Shown: positions 30,680 to 41,542, counted from the first letter of the whole stretch. The stretch is 62,830 bases of DNA, filler included, from Alphaproteobacteria bacterium (GCA_024280495.1; 5 parts of 5 records of this genome joined end to end with filler, not necessarily neighbours in it), one strand, 5' to 3'. Notes: generated by a model from the letters alone, not told the origin. A program made the numbers and translations.

Positions 30680-33415
30680 GTGCCTACTATGTCAAACGAC
30701 GCAACTCTGACGAGCTTTCTATCTGGTAACAATGCTTTGTTTTTAGAACAAACTTATGCTTCTTTTATTAAAGACCCTTCCTCCGTTGATCCGTCTTGGG
30801 TTCAATTTTTCAACAGCCTTGGCGATGATGTGAATGCTGTGTTGCAAGAAGCAGTCGGGGCCACTTGGTCCCATCGTGTGGGAGAAAAAAGTCTTGCCTA
30901 TGGGCGTTATGGTGAATTTGATGTCCCCTGTCAAGACGCTATTAAAATAAAGGATTCTCCGACTCAGCAAAAAGTAAATAAAGATGCGCCATCGGCCAAT
31001 GCTGCGCCTGATCTTTCAAATATTGCAGCTATCAATCAAACCACATTGGATGCCCTGCGTGCATCGATGCTTACTCGTGTTTATCGAGTGAGGGGGCATT
31101 TGAATGCCGACCTGGATCCATTAAAACTTCATGATAAAAAGATACATCCAGAATTAGCTCCTGAAACTTATGGCTTCACAGACCAAGATTATGATCGTCC
31201 TATTTATTTGGGGGGAAGTTTGGGTATGGAAAAAGCGACCTTGCGCGAAATTCTTTCTAAATTACAGAAAATATACTGTCGCAATATTGGTATTGAATTT
31301 ATGCATATCCAAGAACCAGATCAAAAATCTTGGCTTCAAATGCAAATGGAAAATTATGAAAATGGTGTTTCAAAGGCTGAGCGTATTCATACCTTTGATT
31401 ACCTAAACCGTGCAGAGTCTTTTGAGACGTTTCTTGCTAAAAAATATCCAGGTGCCAAACGTTTTGGTCTCGAAGGTGGAGAAAGCATGATCCCCATGCT
31501 GGAGGTTTTGCTGGAAGATTCATCAAGGCGCGGTGTCAAGGAAGTTATTTTAGGTATGGCACATCGTGGTCGCTTGAATGTCCTTGCCAATATTATGGAA
31601 AAACCCTTAAAAGCTATTTTCTCTGAATTTCAAGGAAATGAACCAACCCCAGAAGAAGTAGAACAAGTTCAAGGATCTGGTGACGTTAAATATCACCTGG
31701 GCGTCTCAACGGATCGGATTATTGCTGGGAATAAAATCCATCTGTCCTTGACGGCTAACCCTTCTCACCTTGAGGCCGTTAATCCCGTTGTGGTTGGTAA
31801 AGTCCGTGCTAAACAAACCCGTATGAATGATGATAATAGATCCAAAGTTTTGGGTCTTTTGATTCACGGTGATGCTGCTTTTGCTGGCCAGGGCATTGTT
31901 CCTGAAACCTTGTGTATGTCAGAGCTTAATGGTTATAAAATTGGAGGTACCGTTCATCTGATTATCAATAACCAAATTGGTTTTACAACGTCTCCTCATT
32001 TTTCAAGATCCTCACCTTATTGTTCTGATATTGCAAAGGGGATTCAAGCACCGATTTTGCATGTAAACGGGGATAATGTAGATGCCGTTGCACGTGTTGC
32101 GCGCATTGCTTCTGAATTTAGGTCAAAGTTTAAAAAAGATGTTGTCATTGATATGTATTGTTACCGACGACACGGTCACAATGAAATTGATGAGCCTTCT
32201 TTTACTCAACCCGTTATGTATCGAAAAATTAAAAACCATCCGTCAACTTATAAAATATTTAGTCAGACATTGGTGAATGAAAAGGTCATGTCCGTTGATG
32301 ACGTTAATGAAATGCATCAAAGTTTCATGGAGCGCATGGCAACTGCTTTTGAAGAGGCTAAAACCTATGCAAGTCGCAGCAATGACTGGCTTGAGGGGGT
32401 TTGGTCAGGTTTGAGCCATTCCGTTGATTTGCATAAACCTGTCATGACCGGTGTTGAGCAGGATATGCTCAAAAAAGTTGGAAAAGCTCTGACGCGTTAT
32501 CCTGAAACATTTTCTATTCATAAACGCCTTGCAAAACTACTTCAGGCAAAGGAAAAAAATATTCAATCCACTGAAGGTCTTGATTGGTCTACGGGAGAAG
32601 CCCTTGCCTTTGGTACTCTTTTGATGGAGGGGTATCCCGTGAGATTGAGTGGACAGGATGTTGGGCGAGGTACCTTTTCACAACGTCATGCCATGATTTA
32701 TGATCAAGAAACAGCAGCACCCTATGTGCAACTTAATAATATTGGCCTTGGTCAACGGGAAATTGAAGTCGTGGATAGCCCTCTTTCAGAGGCAGCTGTT
32801 CTTGGGTTTGAGCATGGTTTTTCTTTAGCTGATCCCAATATTTTGGTTCTCTGGGAGGGTCAATTTGGTGACTTTGCCAATGGGGCTCAGAGTATTATCG
32901 ATCAGTTTATTACGGGGGGAGAGGCAAAGTGGTCTCGTATGAGCGCCCTCGTGATGTTGTTACCCCATGGATATGAAGGACAAGGACCAGAGCATTCATC
33001 AGCACGCCTTGAACGTTACCTTCAAATGTGTGCAGAGGATAATCTCATTGTAGCGAACTGTACAACGCCAGCAAACTATTTCCATATTTTACGCCGTCAA
33101 ATGCACTCTGAAACCCGCAAGCCCTTGGTCATAATGACGCCAAAATCATTGTTGCGCCATAAAAAAGCAGTTTCTTCTTTTGCGGAAATGAATGGTAAAA
33201 ACCACTTTAAATCTGTATTTCCTGAAACTGATAGCAAAATCAAAGCCGTCAATGTAAATCGTGTGGTTGTATGTTCGGGTAAGGTTTATTATGATTTAAT
33301 GGATAAACGTGAATCTGAAAATGTTTCTAATACGGTTATTATTCGTCTTGAACAATATTATCCCTTCCCAGAGGCAGCATTGGTGGCAGAGCTTGAAAAA
33401 TATAAAAATACTGAA
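30680..33415 (+). CDS. sucA: 2-oxoglutarate dehydrogenase E1 (truncated by gap)
   Basis: SFLSGNN, KRFGLEG, GMAHRGRLN, GDVKYH, HGDAAF, RGTFSQRH, GPEHSSAR. Confidence 0.98.
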
Positions 33416-33515
33416 NNNNNNNNNNNNNNNNNNNNNNNNNNNNNNNNNNNNNNNNNNNNTTAATTAATTAANNNNNNNNNNNNNNNNNNNNNNNNNNNNN
33501 NNNNNNNNNNNNNNN
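33416..33515. other. Artificial contig linker
   Basis: N-run + TTAATTAATTAA + N-run. Confidence 0.99.
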
Positions 33516-33627
33516 GCGAAGTCATTACCGGAGTTAAATTCGTGGATGGCATCGCTTTAATCAACAATGATCAGGACATGAGAGATGCCGCTTGAACTCT
33601 CATACACAACTTTCGGTCATAGCTCCC
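33516..33627 (+). mobile_element. 3' end of IS256-family element
   Basis: Frame reads EVITGVKFVDGI...RDAA* (IS256-type C-terminus), then terminal repeat-like atacacaactttcggtcatagctcc. Confidence 0.65.
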
Positions 33628-33880
33628 GTGAGAGTGAAATTCCAGTAATTCTCTGTGGCTATGGGAAGATATTTCTTGACCCAGCCATGGAGGGTTGCAA
33701 CGTGAACGCCAAGGTTTTTAGCTATCTGGGCAACTGATTCCTTGGATTCAACTGCCAACTTAGCTGAGGATTCTTTGAATTCATTGGGATAATGGGTTGC
33801 TTGTCTTTTTGTCATTGGATACTCCTAAGTTATGACTCATAAATTCTAATCTATGAGTCCGCTTTAGGGTAGACACCTCA
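33628..33880 (-). mobile_element. IS3-family left end and OrfA fragment
   Basis: TG-starting end TGAGGTGTCTACCCTAAAGCGGAC (from 33880), RBS aggag, MTKRQATHYPNEFKESSAKL...SVAQIAKNLGVHVATLHGWVKKY HTH. Confidence 0.85.
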
Positions 33881-34004
33881 TTTGAGGGAGGGCTATCAAA
33901 TCCGTTTATTTTGCACCTAAAAAACTTTCTTTTCAATCTATTACATCATTTTTTTATGCATCATTATAAAGATAAGAATAATAATATAAACACAGGAGAA
34001 TATC

Positions 34005-34415
34005 ATGACATATCGCCACAGAGGAACGGATAGTCAAGGCCAAAAATTTTCACAAGAAATCATTAATAAAGCGTGGGAAAAAGCATGCGAAAAAATGAAT
34101 AACCATGAATTCATCGAACATGCCTTTAAATTCTTTTCAAAGAAATTTAAAGAAGGCACTTATTGCTTGGATGATTATGGGCATATTATAAGCAAAGATG
34201 AATATGGTCTGAAAACAAAACATGGCTGGGAAATTGATCATATATACCCTGTTTCTAAAAAAAGCCACTATGGAAATGGTGCCGATAACATTGATGAGTT
34301 TTCTAATTTGCGTTCTCTCCATTGGGAGTCCAATAAACGCAAAGGTCGCTTAGACCCTGCTTCATATGAACTGGAATGGGAGTGGGTTATCCTCCACAAG
34401 TCAAAAGCAGCCTAA
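34005..34415 (+). CDS. HNH endonuclease-like protein
   Basis: GWEIDHIYPVSK...NLRSLHWESNKRKG; RBS aggaga. Confidence 0.85.
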   Translation: MTYRHRGTDSQGQKFSQEIINKAWEKACEKMNNHEFIEHAFKFFSKKFKEGTYCLDDYGHIISKDEYGLKTKHGWEIDHIYPVSKKSHYGNGADNIDEFSNLRSLHWESNKRKGRLDPASYELEWEWVILHKSKAA

Positions 34416-34426
34416 CAAAACAAATG

Positions 34427-34452
34427 AAAGGAGGCAACTCGCCTCCTTTTTT
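34427..34452 (+). terminator. Intrinsic terminator (possibly bidirectional)
   Basis: aaaggaggc-aactc-gcctccttt + T-tract. Confidence 0.8.
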
Positions 34453-34459
34453 ACTTTTT

Positions 34460-35134
34460 CTAAAAACTTTTAGCCGTTAAATAAAATACTTTCAATCCAA
34501 AAAGAATCAAGGCGCTTCCTGCAATGCGCTCGAGCCATTTTCCCATTTTGAGAAATTGCAAACGAATGCGGTCAATGGAAAAGAAAATAGCCACAAACAA
34601 GAACCAAGATAAAGTCATTGAAATCATCATCACACCATAAAGACCTTGCACAACACGTGGTGTTTCTGGGGTGATATATGAAGACAAAATGCCAACGAAT
34701 AATAGAATTACCATGGGGTTTAGCAAGTTATTAATGACACTGGTACGAAATGCTTTAAAGGGGGAAATAGTAGGGACTTCTTTTCCTGAATCACGGTCAA
34801 ATTCATCAACACCCAGCCCTGCCATTTTAAAAGATTGATACCCCAAATATAGAAGATATAAAGCCCCCGCGATTCGAATGCTTAACATTAACCAGGGCAT
34901 ATTTACTACCAAATAGCCAATACCAAAAACCGTGTAAGTTAAGTGAATTAGCATGCCAAAAGATGTGCCTACGGCACCAGAAATGCCCGTTTTTCGGGAA
35001 TGCAATAAGCTATTACGAATTGTCAACGCTATATCTGGTCCTGGGCTAACCAAAGCAATGAAATAAATTGAAGCAATGGTTATAAAGCTTGCTATGTAGG
35101 CACTTAGGTTAACCGCGATGTCAAAATCAAACAC
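34460..35134 (-). CDS. LysE/RhtB-family amino acid exporter
   Basis: SPGPD, GALYLLYLG, NLLNP, ERIAG..LILFG. Confidence 0.92.
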   Translation of the reverse strand: MFDFDIAVNLSAYIASFITIASIYFIALVSPGPDIALTIRNSLLHSRKTGISGAVGTSFGMLIHLTYTVFGIGYLVVNMPWLMLSIRIAGALYLLYLGYQSFKMAGLGVDEFDRDSGKEVPTISPFKAFRTSVINNLLNPMVILLFVGILSSYITPETPRVVQGLYGVMMISMTLSWFLFVAIFFSIDRIRLQFLKMGKWLERIAGSALILFGLKVFYLTAKSF

Positions 35135-35189
35135 TGATAATTATCCTTTCATAAAAGTTCTCTTTTCTCTATACTATATGGGAGTTAAT

Positions 35190-35726
35190 ATGACAAAATA
35201 CAAGTGCCTTATGAAAAAAAAAATTCCAACACCTCTATTATTTACTTTAATAATCAACTTTAAAAAAATATTTCCCCTCCTTGTGGTTTTTGCCCCTACG
35301 TTTTTAGAAGCGGCGACATCTCTTCCCGTTCCTCGTTTTGCCACCCTTAGATCCAACAATATCATTATGCGCGTTGGGCCAGGACGTGAATATCCCATCA
35401 AGTGGAAATTGCACCGTAAAGGTCTGCCCATTAAAATTCTTGCGGAATATGATACCTGGCGTCAAGTTATTTGCCATGATGGAAGTAAAGGCTGGATTCA
35501 CCAAAGCCTATTATCAGGCAAGCGAAATCTTCTTGTGGTGGGGGATGGAAAGTTTCTATTATCTTCTTCTAATCGCTCTGCCATGGTAAAAGCTAAACTT
35601 TCTGATCAACTTCTTTTGGCGACAAAAGTAAAAAAATGCACGTCAGATCGATGCCCCGTAACCATCCAAGATCAATGGGGCTGGGTAAATAAAAAAGATG
35701 TATGGGGGCTTTTAAAAAGTGAATAA
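35190..35726 (+). CDS. Bacterial SH3 domain protein (alphaproteobacterial LPVPRF type)
   Basis: LPVPRFATL...MRVGPG..YPIKW...GLPIKILAEYDTWR...GWIHQSLLSGKR; start uncertain. Confidence 0.85.
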   Translation: MTKYKCLMKKKIPTPLLFTLIINFKKIFPLLVVFAPTFLEAATSLPVPRFATLRSNNIIMRVGPGREYPIKWKLHRKGLPIKILAEYDTWRQVICHDGSKGWIHQSLLSGKRNLLVVGDGKFLLSSSNRSAMVKAKLSDQLLLATKVKKCTSDRCPVTIQDQWGWVNKKDVWGLLKSE

Positions 35727-35742
35727 CCCCATATCTTTACTT

Positions 35743-36834
35743 TTACTGAGCCTTTTTATTTTGAGCCGACAAGAGGATGTTGTGTTCATTCACAACGTCC
35801 ACAAGATTTCCCTTGTGGGCAAAATCCGTTGAAAGTACAAAACCTTTAATAAAGCTATGTTTTTTGCGACACAATGCAAGATGTTTTCTGATAGCATCTG
35901 CATTATTCACTTTTTTATAATTGCTTGAATCAATTTTGAAACCTGAAATTTCCAGAGGTTTTTTCCCCATTTTTTTCCGTATACCATTTAAGGCACTCAC
36001 AGCCCGACCAATGGCCGTGTTTTTATCAATGGATGCTTCGGGATTTACAACAATTCTAGTCTGAGCCTCCTTGGATATATTACCAAACATATCACAAACT
36101 TTTCGTTTTTCTTCACTCCAGTGAGAAAAGTTAATATTATTGGATGTGGAGAGATACTTCGACTCTTTGACAATAGCATTGCCATTAGAAGAAACTAATA
36201 ATATGGTTTTTTTGGATTTTCGCAACTGCCCCATAGTAGGCAATTTTTTTGCCTTATAAATTTTATTACCAAGACCACTTTCTTTTACTACTGCATCAAA
36301 TATTTTCGCCGCCTCAGCATCTGAGTAATTTCCAGCGCGGTTTTTATTATTACGACCTCTTTTACCAAGGTATCCCTCAACTACAATCATGACGACTTCT
36401 TTTGGATGTTTTTTGTTAAATTTTGCAACGGATTTTAAAAGATCAACAAGTAATTGCGGCTTGCGCCCTAGGCGTTGCAACATTGTCACACTACAATTTC
36501 CTCCAGCACCTTCATGACAAAGCGCCAGAACAGGCGGGCGTTTACCTTTTTTAAGGCCCAATATTTTTTTTATTTTCCGAGTCGCTGACTTATGATGATA
36601 GAAATGTACGGGAATTTTTAAATAACGAATCTCATATTTATTGAGTAAAGAAAAAATTGATTTACTTTGCTGACCGTAAGCCCATCCATGGGACGTGGAC
36701 GTGAATGCATTATGTGCGCCCAACATAGCAATTTGGCTCAAAGAAATGTTATCTGGAATATAAGCATTGGATGCCTTTATGGTTGTCGACATAACCGCAA
36801 TACTTAAAAACAAAGAAAATCTAAAAAAACGCAT
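35743..36834 (-). CDS. Secreted PI-PLC-like phosphodiesterase
   Basis: Signal peptide; LSQIAMLGAHNAF, Q..SI..LL...IRYL, LCH, F.KKHPKEVVMIVVE, TDF. Confidence 0.7.
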   Translation of the reverse strand: MRFFRFSLFLSIAVMSTTIKASNAYIPDNISLSQIAMLGAHNAFTSTSHGWAYGQQSKSIFSLLNKYEIRYLKIPVHFYHHKSATRKIKKILGLKKGKRPPVLALCHEGAGGNCSVTMLQRLGRKPQLLVDLLKSVAKFNKKHPKEVVMIVVEGYLGKRGRNNKNRAGNYSDAEAAKIFDAVVKESGLGNKIYKAKKLPTMGQLRKSKKTILLVSSNGNAIVKESKYLSTSNNINFSHWSEEKRKVCDMFGNISKEAQTRIVVNPEASIDKNTAIGRAVSALNGIRKKMGKKPLEISGFKIDSSNYKKVNNADAIRKHLALCRKKHSFIKGFVLSTDFAHKGNLVDVVNEHNILLSAQNKKAQ

Positions 36835-36894
36835 ATAAAATACCTCAAAAAAACAAATTCTTTTTGAGCTTAAAAGGAAAACATAAAAAAAGTA

Positions 36895-38796
36895 TTAATT
36901 ACGCAAAGATCGACGTTTCCTGAATAATGATAGCAATCCTGCCAATAGCATTAGAAAGCCTCCTCCCCAAATAAGGTTAACAAAAGGATGGTAATAAATC
37001 TGAATAGAACGTTTCCCATCAGTGGCTTGGGGGCCTAAAATAGCGTATAAATGCACCCAGTAACGCTGAGCAATTGACGTTTTCGAGACCAATACCTGCT
37101 GAGTTTTATAAAGCCTCGTTTCTGGAAACAAGCTTACCACAATATCACCTTTAAAATTAATAACATCCAGGGAAGCAAACTCCCGCACATACAATTTATT
37201 TTCGTCTTGGTTCACGCCCTTTAAAAGAATCTCATAATCACCAACAAACCCTGATGTTCCAGGCGCTATCCAGAAATGGGACTCTTGTTTATAAAGAACA
37301 TTTAAAGACATACCTAGGGTCATGACTGCAAACCCAATATGGGCCAAAGTCATCACATGTAATTTACTTTTACGCCACTCTTTAAAGGTTGTGCCTAAAA
37401 CCACAATAGATAAAGCGATACCCAAAGAAGCAAAAACTGCCCACCATGAAGGAAGGAAGGAATCCTGATATAGGACCAATAGCAAGGCCAATAACCCCAT
37501 ATTAAAATGAAAAACGTAGGGCCGAAAAACCTTCCCTAAAATAACAGGAGCCCATTTAAAAAAAGGAACACAAGCCATGGCGACAAGTATTAAAAGTCCC
37601 ATTGGAACTAAAATTTGATTGTAAAAATCTACTGATAACGCGGCATCGATCATCAAGGGCGCAAGGGTTCCTAAAATCAAAAGGCCCACAATTGCTACCA
37701 TGAAAACAATGTTAACCTTAGATAAATAATGCCTAACGCCTTGATTCATAAGTTGGATTTTGCAACGGTGTTTTAGGAAAAAAGAAATGACACTCACCAG
37801 TGTCAAAATGACCAAAACACCTAAAAATACCAAAAGAAAAAGTCCACGTTGATCATCCTGGGCAAATCCATGAACCGATGCCACAATACCAGAGCGGGTA
37901 ATATAGGTCCCCAAAAGACTTAACAACCAACTGGCCGCACTCATAAGGAGCACAATAAGGGCGCGGCCCTTTGAAACACTTTGTGCATAAAGACGAAAAG
38001 AGTGAAGGGCTGCTGTGGATGTTATCCAGGGCAATAAAGACGCATTTTCAACGGGATCCCAGGCCCACCAGCCTCCCCAACCGAGCTCATAATAAGCCCA
38101 TAAACTTCCTGCCGTCACACCAAAAGTTAAAAAGGCCCATGGAATATAAGTCCACGTTTTCAAAAGAAAAATATTATCTTTTTCAAATTTTCCCACCATC
38201 ATAAAGGCAAGGGCCATAACAAAAGGTACGGAAAACCCAATATATCCAAAATAGAGACTGGGGGGGTGAAAGGTCATGGATGCATCTTGCAAAATTGGGT
38301 TTAGTCCCAAACCTTTATGGGGGACTTGAGAGAGCCCTTCGAAAGGATTAGACGTCATCACTAAAAAAAGAATAAATCCAAAAATAAGAGCGTGAAACAA
38401 GGAAAGCATGGTGGATTTTAACTTATCAGGCAAGGCGTCACGCCCCGTCACTGCAAAAGTAAAGCCATACAGGCATAATGTTAAAACCCATAACAACATG
38501 GACCCTTCATGGTTCCCCCATAGGGCCACAAAACGATACATCAAAGGCTCTAGGGCATTGGAATTTAGAGTCACTACTTTCAAAGAAAAATCAGAAATTA
38601 AAAAAGCATAAAGCAGTAACCCTATGGCAACCAGCATCACCCCCAACAGAAATCCAAGGTTGATTTGAGCAAAGCGCAATGCCATGCGAGGCGCTATATC
38701 ATTTTGGCGAGCCCCTATGTATAAAGGTATGATAATACCAATAAAGGAGACAACAAGTGCCGTTAAAAGAAGGCTATACCCAAAATCAGAAATCAT
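36895..38796 (-). CDS. ccmF: Cytochrome c heme lyase CcmF
   Basis: WGNHEGSMLLW, GLNPILQD, HPP, WAYYELGWGGWWAWDPVEN, SVHGFA. Confidence 0.97.
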   Translation of the reverse strand: MISDFGYSLLLTALVVSFIGIIIPLYIGARQNDIAPRMALRFAQINLGFLLGVMLVAIGLLLYAFLISDFSLKVVTLNSNALEPLMYRFVALWGNHEGSMLLWVLTLCLYGFTFAVTGRDALPDKLKSTMLSLFHALIFGFILFLVMTSNPFEGLSQVPHKGLGLNPILQDASMTFHPPSLYFGYIGFSVPFVMALAFMMVGKFEKDNIFLLKTWTYIPWAFLTFGVTAGSLWAYYELGWGGWWAWDPVENASLLPWITSTAALHSFRLYAQSVSKGRALIVLLMSAASWLLSLLGTYITRSGIVASVHGFAQDDQRGLFLLVFLGVLVILTLVSVISFFLKHRCKIQLMNQGVRHYLSKVNIVFMVAIVGLLILGTLAPLMIDAALSVDFYNQILVPMGLLILVAMACVPFFKWAPVILGKVFRPYVFHFNMGLLALLLVLYQDSFLPSWWAVFASLGIALSIVVLGTTFKEWRKSKLHVMTLAHIGFAVMTLGMSLNVLYKQESHFWIAPGTSGFVGDYEILLKGVNQDENKLYVREFASLDVINFKGDIVVSLFPETRLYKTQQVLVSKTSIAQRYWVHLYAILGPQATDGKRSIQIYYHPFVNLIWGGGFLMLLAGLLSLFRKRRSLRN

Positions 38797-39245
38797 TTTA
38801 GAGCCCTTTTTACTTCTGGTGGTTTATAGTTTTCATCATGTTTTGCTAGGATTTTTGTGGCAATGAATGTTCTCGTTTCTGGGTCAAAAGTCCCTTCGGC
38901 AACAACCCCTTGTCCCTCACGGAAAAGATCTGGTAAAAAACCCTTATAACCCACGGAAATTTCAGATTCTAGATCCGTCACAACAAAAGTAAGTTCACGA
39001 TTTTGTGCATTCCGGACAACAATAGAGCCTTTTTTAACAAGCCCTCCCAAACGTTTTCTGGTCTTTTCTTCAAGTTTTCCTTGTCCCTTTATTCCTTGGG
39101 ACAAAAGCTCCGTTGGTGTTGTAAAAAACACAAGGTTTTCTTTAAATGTTTGAGACACATAGAAAACAGCCATAACCAAAAAGGATAAAAAACCAACGAC
39201 TAAAAGGATGCGCCTTAAAAAAGATTTTGAACGATGATTCATCAA
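38793..39245 (-). CDS. ccmE: Heme chaperone CcmE
   Basis: LPDLFREGQGVVAEG, LAKHDENYKPPE. Confidence 0.97.
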   Translation of the reverse strand: MMNHRSKSFLRRILLVVGFLSFLVMAVFYVSQTFKENLVFFTTPTELLSQGIKGQGKLEEKTRKRLGGLVKKGSIVVRNAQNRELTFVVTDLESEISVGYKGFLPDLFREGQGVVAEGTFDPETRTFIATKILAKHDENYKPPEVKRALK

Positions 39246-39406
39246 TTTTCATTTCCCAAAGACATACATTTCTTCTTCAGGGATCGCCATTTCATAACAA
39301 TGGAAGAAGAAAGAACAGCAAAGATAAAAGTGGCACTTCCATAGGCAAGAGCAATATAAAAGTCGTAGGAAAAATTTGATTGATAAAAAACTGCTAATTC
39401 AGGCAC
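39242..39406 (-). CDS. ccmD: Heme exporter protein CcmD
   Basis: Small ORF YDFYIALAYG + hydrophobic helix + basic tail, between ccmC and ccmE; GTG start overlapping ccmC stop. Confidence 0.7.
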   Translation of the reverse strand: MPELAVFYQSNFSYDFYIALAYGSATFIFAVLSSSIVMKWRSLKKKCMSLGNEN

Positions 39407-40169
39407 AAGGGGCTCCTTCCGACGATGAAAAATGGGCGCGGGACCGAAGGATAAAAGCACGGTGAACCTTGTAATGCATCACAAGATTTTCAACGCGCAG
39501 TAATCCTAAAACATAACAAAATCCCATCATACCAAGGGTACTCAGTGCAAGGGGACTCAACATACCTGAGTCAATGCTAGGGCCACCAGAGCGCAAAATA
39601 CTGGCTGGCTGATGGAGGGTACTCCACCACTGGACGGAAAATTTAATAATGGGTAAGTTAACAAGGCCGAGAATCAAGAGAAAAGCCCCTCTTTCATTGG
39701 CTTTTTTCTGATCATTTAGGGTTTGCAAAAACAATATATACCCGACATATAAAAGCCCAAGAATAAACATTGATGTCAGCCGTGCATCCCACACCCACCA
39801 GGTCCCCCACATGGGTTTACCCCATATAGACCCCGTCACAAGAGAGATAAGAGTCATGGAAAAACCAATGGGAGCCGCAGCCCGCGCATATAAAAAACCC
39901 ATACTATGACGCCACACAAAACCACCAATGGCCGCAAAGCCCATAAAGGCATAAATGCCAAGGGCTAACCAGGAAGCAGGCACATGAACATACATAATAC
40001 GTACGGTTTCTTTTTGCTGATAATCAAGGGGAGATGCAAAAAATGCCATGTACCCACCCAGTGTAAGGGCAGCGATCGCAAGAAAAATAGTCGGCCACAA
40101 TGTATAACGCCACAATGCTCGAAAAAATGATTTTTTAAAAAGGGAATTGACCATGGGTGCAATAAACAA
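39399..40169 (-). CDS. ccmC: Heme exporter CcmC
   Basis: RIMYVHVP, WGKPMWGTWWVWDARLTS, WWSTLHQ. Confidence 0.97.
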   Translation of the reverse strand: MFIAPMVNSLFKKSFFRALWRYTLWPTIFLAIAALTLGGYMAFFASPLDYQQKETVRIMYVHVPASWLALGIYAFMGFAAIGGFVWRHSMGFLYARAAAPIGFSMTLISLVTGSIWGKPMWGTWWVWDARLTSMFILGLLYVGYILFLQTLNDQKKANERGAFLLILGLVNLPIIKFSVQWWSTLHQPASILRSGGPSIDSGMLSPLALSTLGMMGFCYVLGLLRVENLVMHYKVHRAFILRSRAHFSSSEGAPCA

Positions 40170-40257
40170 AAAAAGATTAATTAATCTACGATGAGGATAC
40201 AGAAAAAAAATTCTTTTTGAACCCCCGTTTTAAGAGCATACTGAAATAAACAGGCAC

Positions 40258-40364
40258 TATAGTCGTTTAAAAAAGGTTCCAGTCTAGGGACGAGGGACCA
40301 ATGTCTATAACTTATAAGTGCGGGAGCAATTGACGACGCCTGGAACCTTTTTGGAATAACTATA
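40258..40364 (-). repeat. Family A MITE-like palindromic repeat (107 bp)
   Basis: Ends tatagtcgtttaaaaaaggttccag / ctggaacctttttggaataactata; reverse complement aligns to 53481-53588. Confidence 0.9.
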
Positions 40365-40369
40365 AAACT

Positions 40370-40786
40370 ATGAAATCTCTTCCAACTCTTATTAAGCTTG
40401 CCTCTCAACGCGTCAATGAACAGCGTTTACGCCTTGCAAAATATGAAGAAATTCATCAAAAGTTGAAAAACGATATCAAACGTCAAGAAGATAACCTTAA
40501 ATTCGAAGCCGAGCGTGCGAAATCAGACCCTATGCTCTCTCTTCAGTATGGACGATATGCCCAGGAGGTCGAAGAACGCATCAAGACCCTCCAAGAAAAC
40601 CGCCTTAAAAATGAAACAAAACTAATGGAGGAACAAAACCGCCTCAGTATGCTTTTTAAAGAGCAAAAAACCTTGGAGGTTTACAAAGATCAGCAACAAG
40701 AAAAAATCAAAAAAGAAAAAGAAAAACGCGACCAAAACAATATGGATGAACTGGCCGCACGATTAAAGAAATACTCTTATAGCTAG
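40370..40786 (+). CDS. fliJ: Flagellar export protein FliJ-like
   Basis: MKSLPTLIKL...coiled coil...F.E.K.LE...K.DQ..MDELA, 138 aa, alphaproteobacterial FliJ pattern. Confidence 0.7.
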   Translation: MKSLPTLIKLASQRVNEQRLRLAKYEEIHQKLKNDIKRQEDNLKFEAERAKSDPMLSLQYGRYAQEVEERIKTLQENRLKNETKLMEEQNRLSMLFKEQKTLEVYKDQQQEKIKKEKEKRDQNNMDELAARLKKYSYS

Positions 40787-40882
40787 TTATTTTTACGTTT
40801 ACTCTTTGTTGTCGCACTCCTTGGCTATAAGTACAGCCGTCGTCCCTTACGCCTCGTGCAAGCAAAAAACTAACCAACTATA
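40778..40882 (+). repeat. Family B MITE-like palindromic repeat (105 bp)
   Basis: tatagctagttatttttacgttt...ggctataagtacagcc...agcaaaaaactaaccaactata; homologous to 58387-58502. Confidence 0.85.
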
Positions 40883-40916
40883 ATAAAGCAAAAGTATTCC
40901 CTTTTTAAAAAACTTT

Positions 40917-41402
40917 CTATAACTTATTCAAACACAGAGCAATAGTGTAACTATCAACGCCCATACTTACCTCATAAACATACCAAGAAATATCCTTTTT
41001 ATTTTCAGGGCAGCTTAAAAGGTGAACGGAAAAATCATTCTCCTTCATTTTATCTAGCATTTCTTGAGATACATACTGATGACTAATAATAGTATGAGTG
41101 TTATTACCCCCCCTGAGCATCGGAACTAAAGGTTTTTCATCATTAAGGAGAGATTGAAACAAGGCGGGAAAATCCTCAATATCAGCAGTTACATCTTTTT
41201 TAAGATGACGCCGTTCCTTTATCACAATTTCATCTATTATTTCATTATTAATACCGCTTTTCCCCAATATTTTAGAGAATCTTTGTATATTTCCCCACTC
41301 ATTTTCCATTAGATTAAACTGTGGGGCATCAGGAGCGGAGGACGCATTCACACTTGAAAATATAGTAAAAATTATAACAGGAAGGGAAATGAAGTAAGAC
41401 AC
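40917..41402 (-). CDS. Secreted hypothetical protein
   Basis: 161-aa ORF with signal-peptide-like N-terminus (...IFSSVNA-SS). Confidence 0.65.
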   Translation of the reverse strand: MSYFISLPVIIFTIFSSVNASSAPDAPQFNLMENEWGNIQRFSKILGKSGINNEIIDEIVIKERRHLKKDVTADIEDFPALFQSLLNDEKPLVPMLRGGNNTHTIISHQYVSQEMLDKMKENDFSVHLLSCPENKKDISWYVYEVSMGVDSYTIALCLNKL

Positions 41403-41542
41403 AGAATAAAAACTCTTTTTTCTTTTAACCTATAAAAAATGGAGCATTTTTTCAACAGAAATATTTTAAAAAAACTGCGACAATACCATTTTCACAATTT
41501 CCATTTAATATAAAATGATGTAAAGTTTAATAATTAGTCCCA

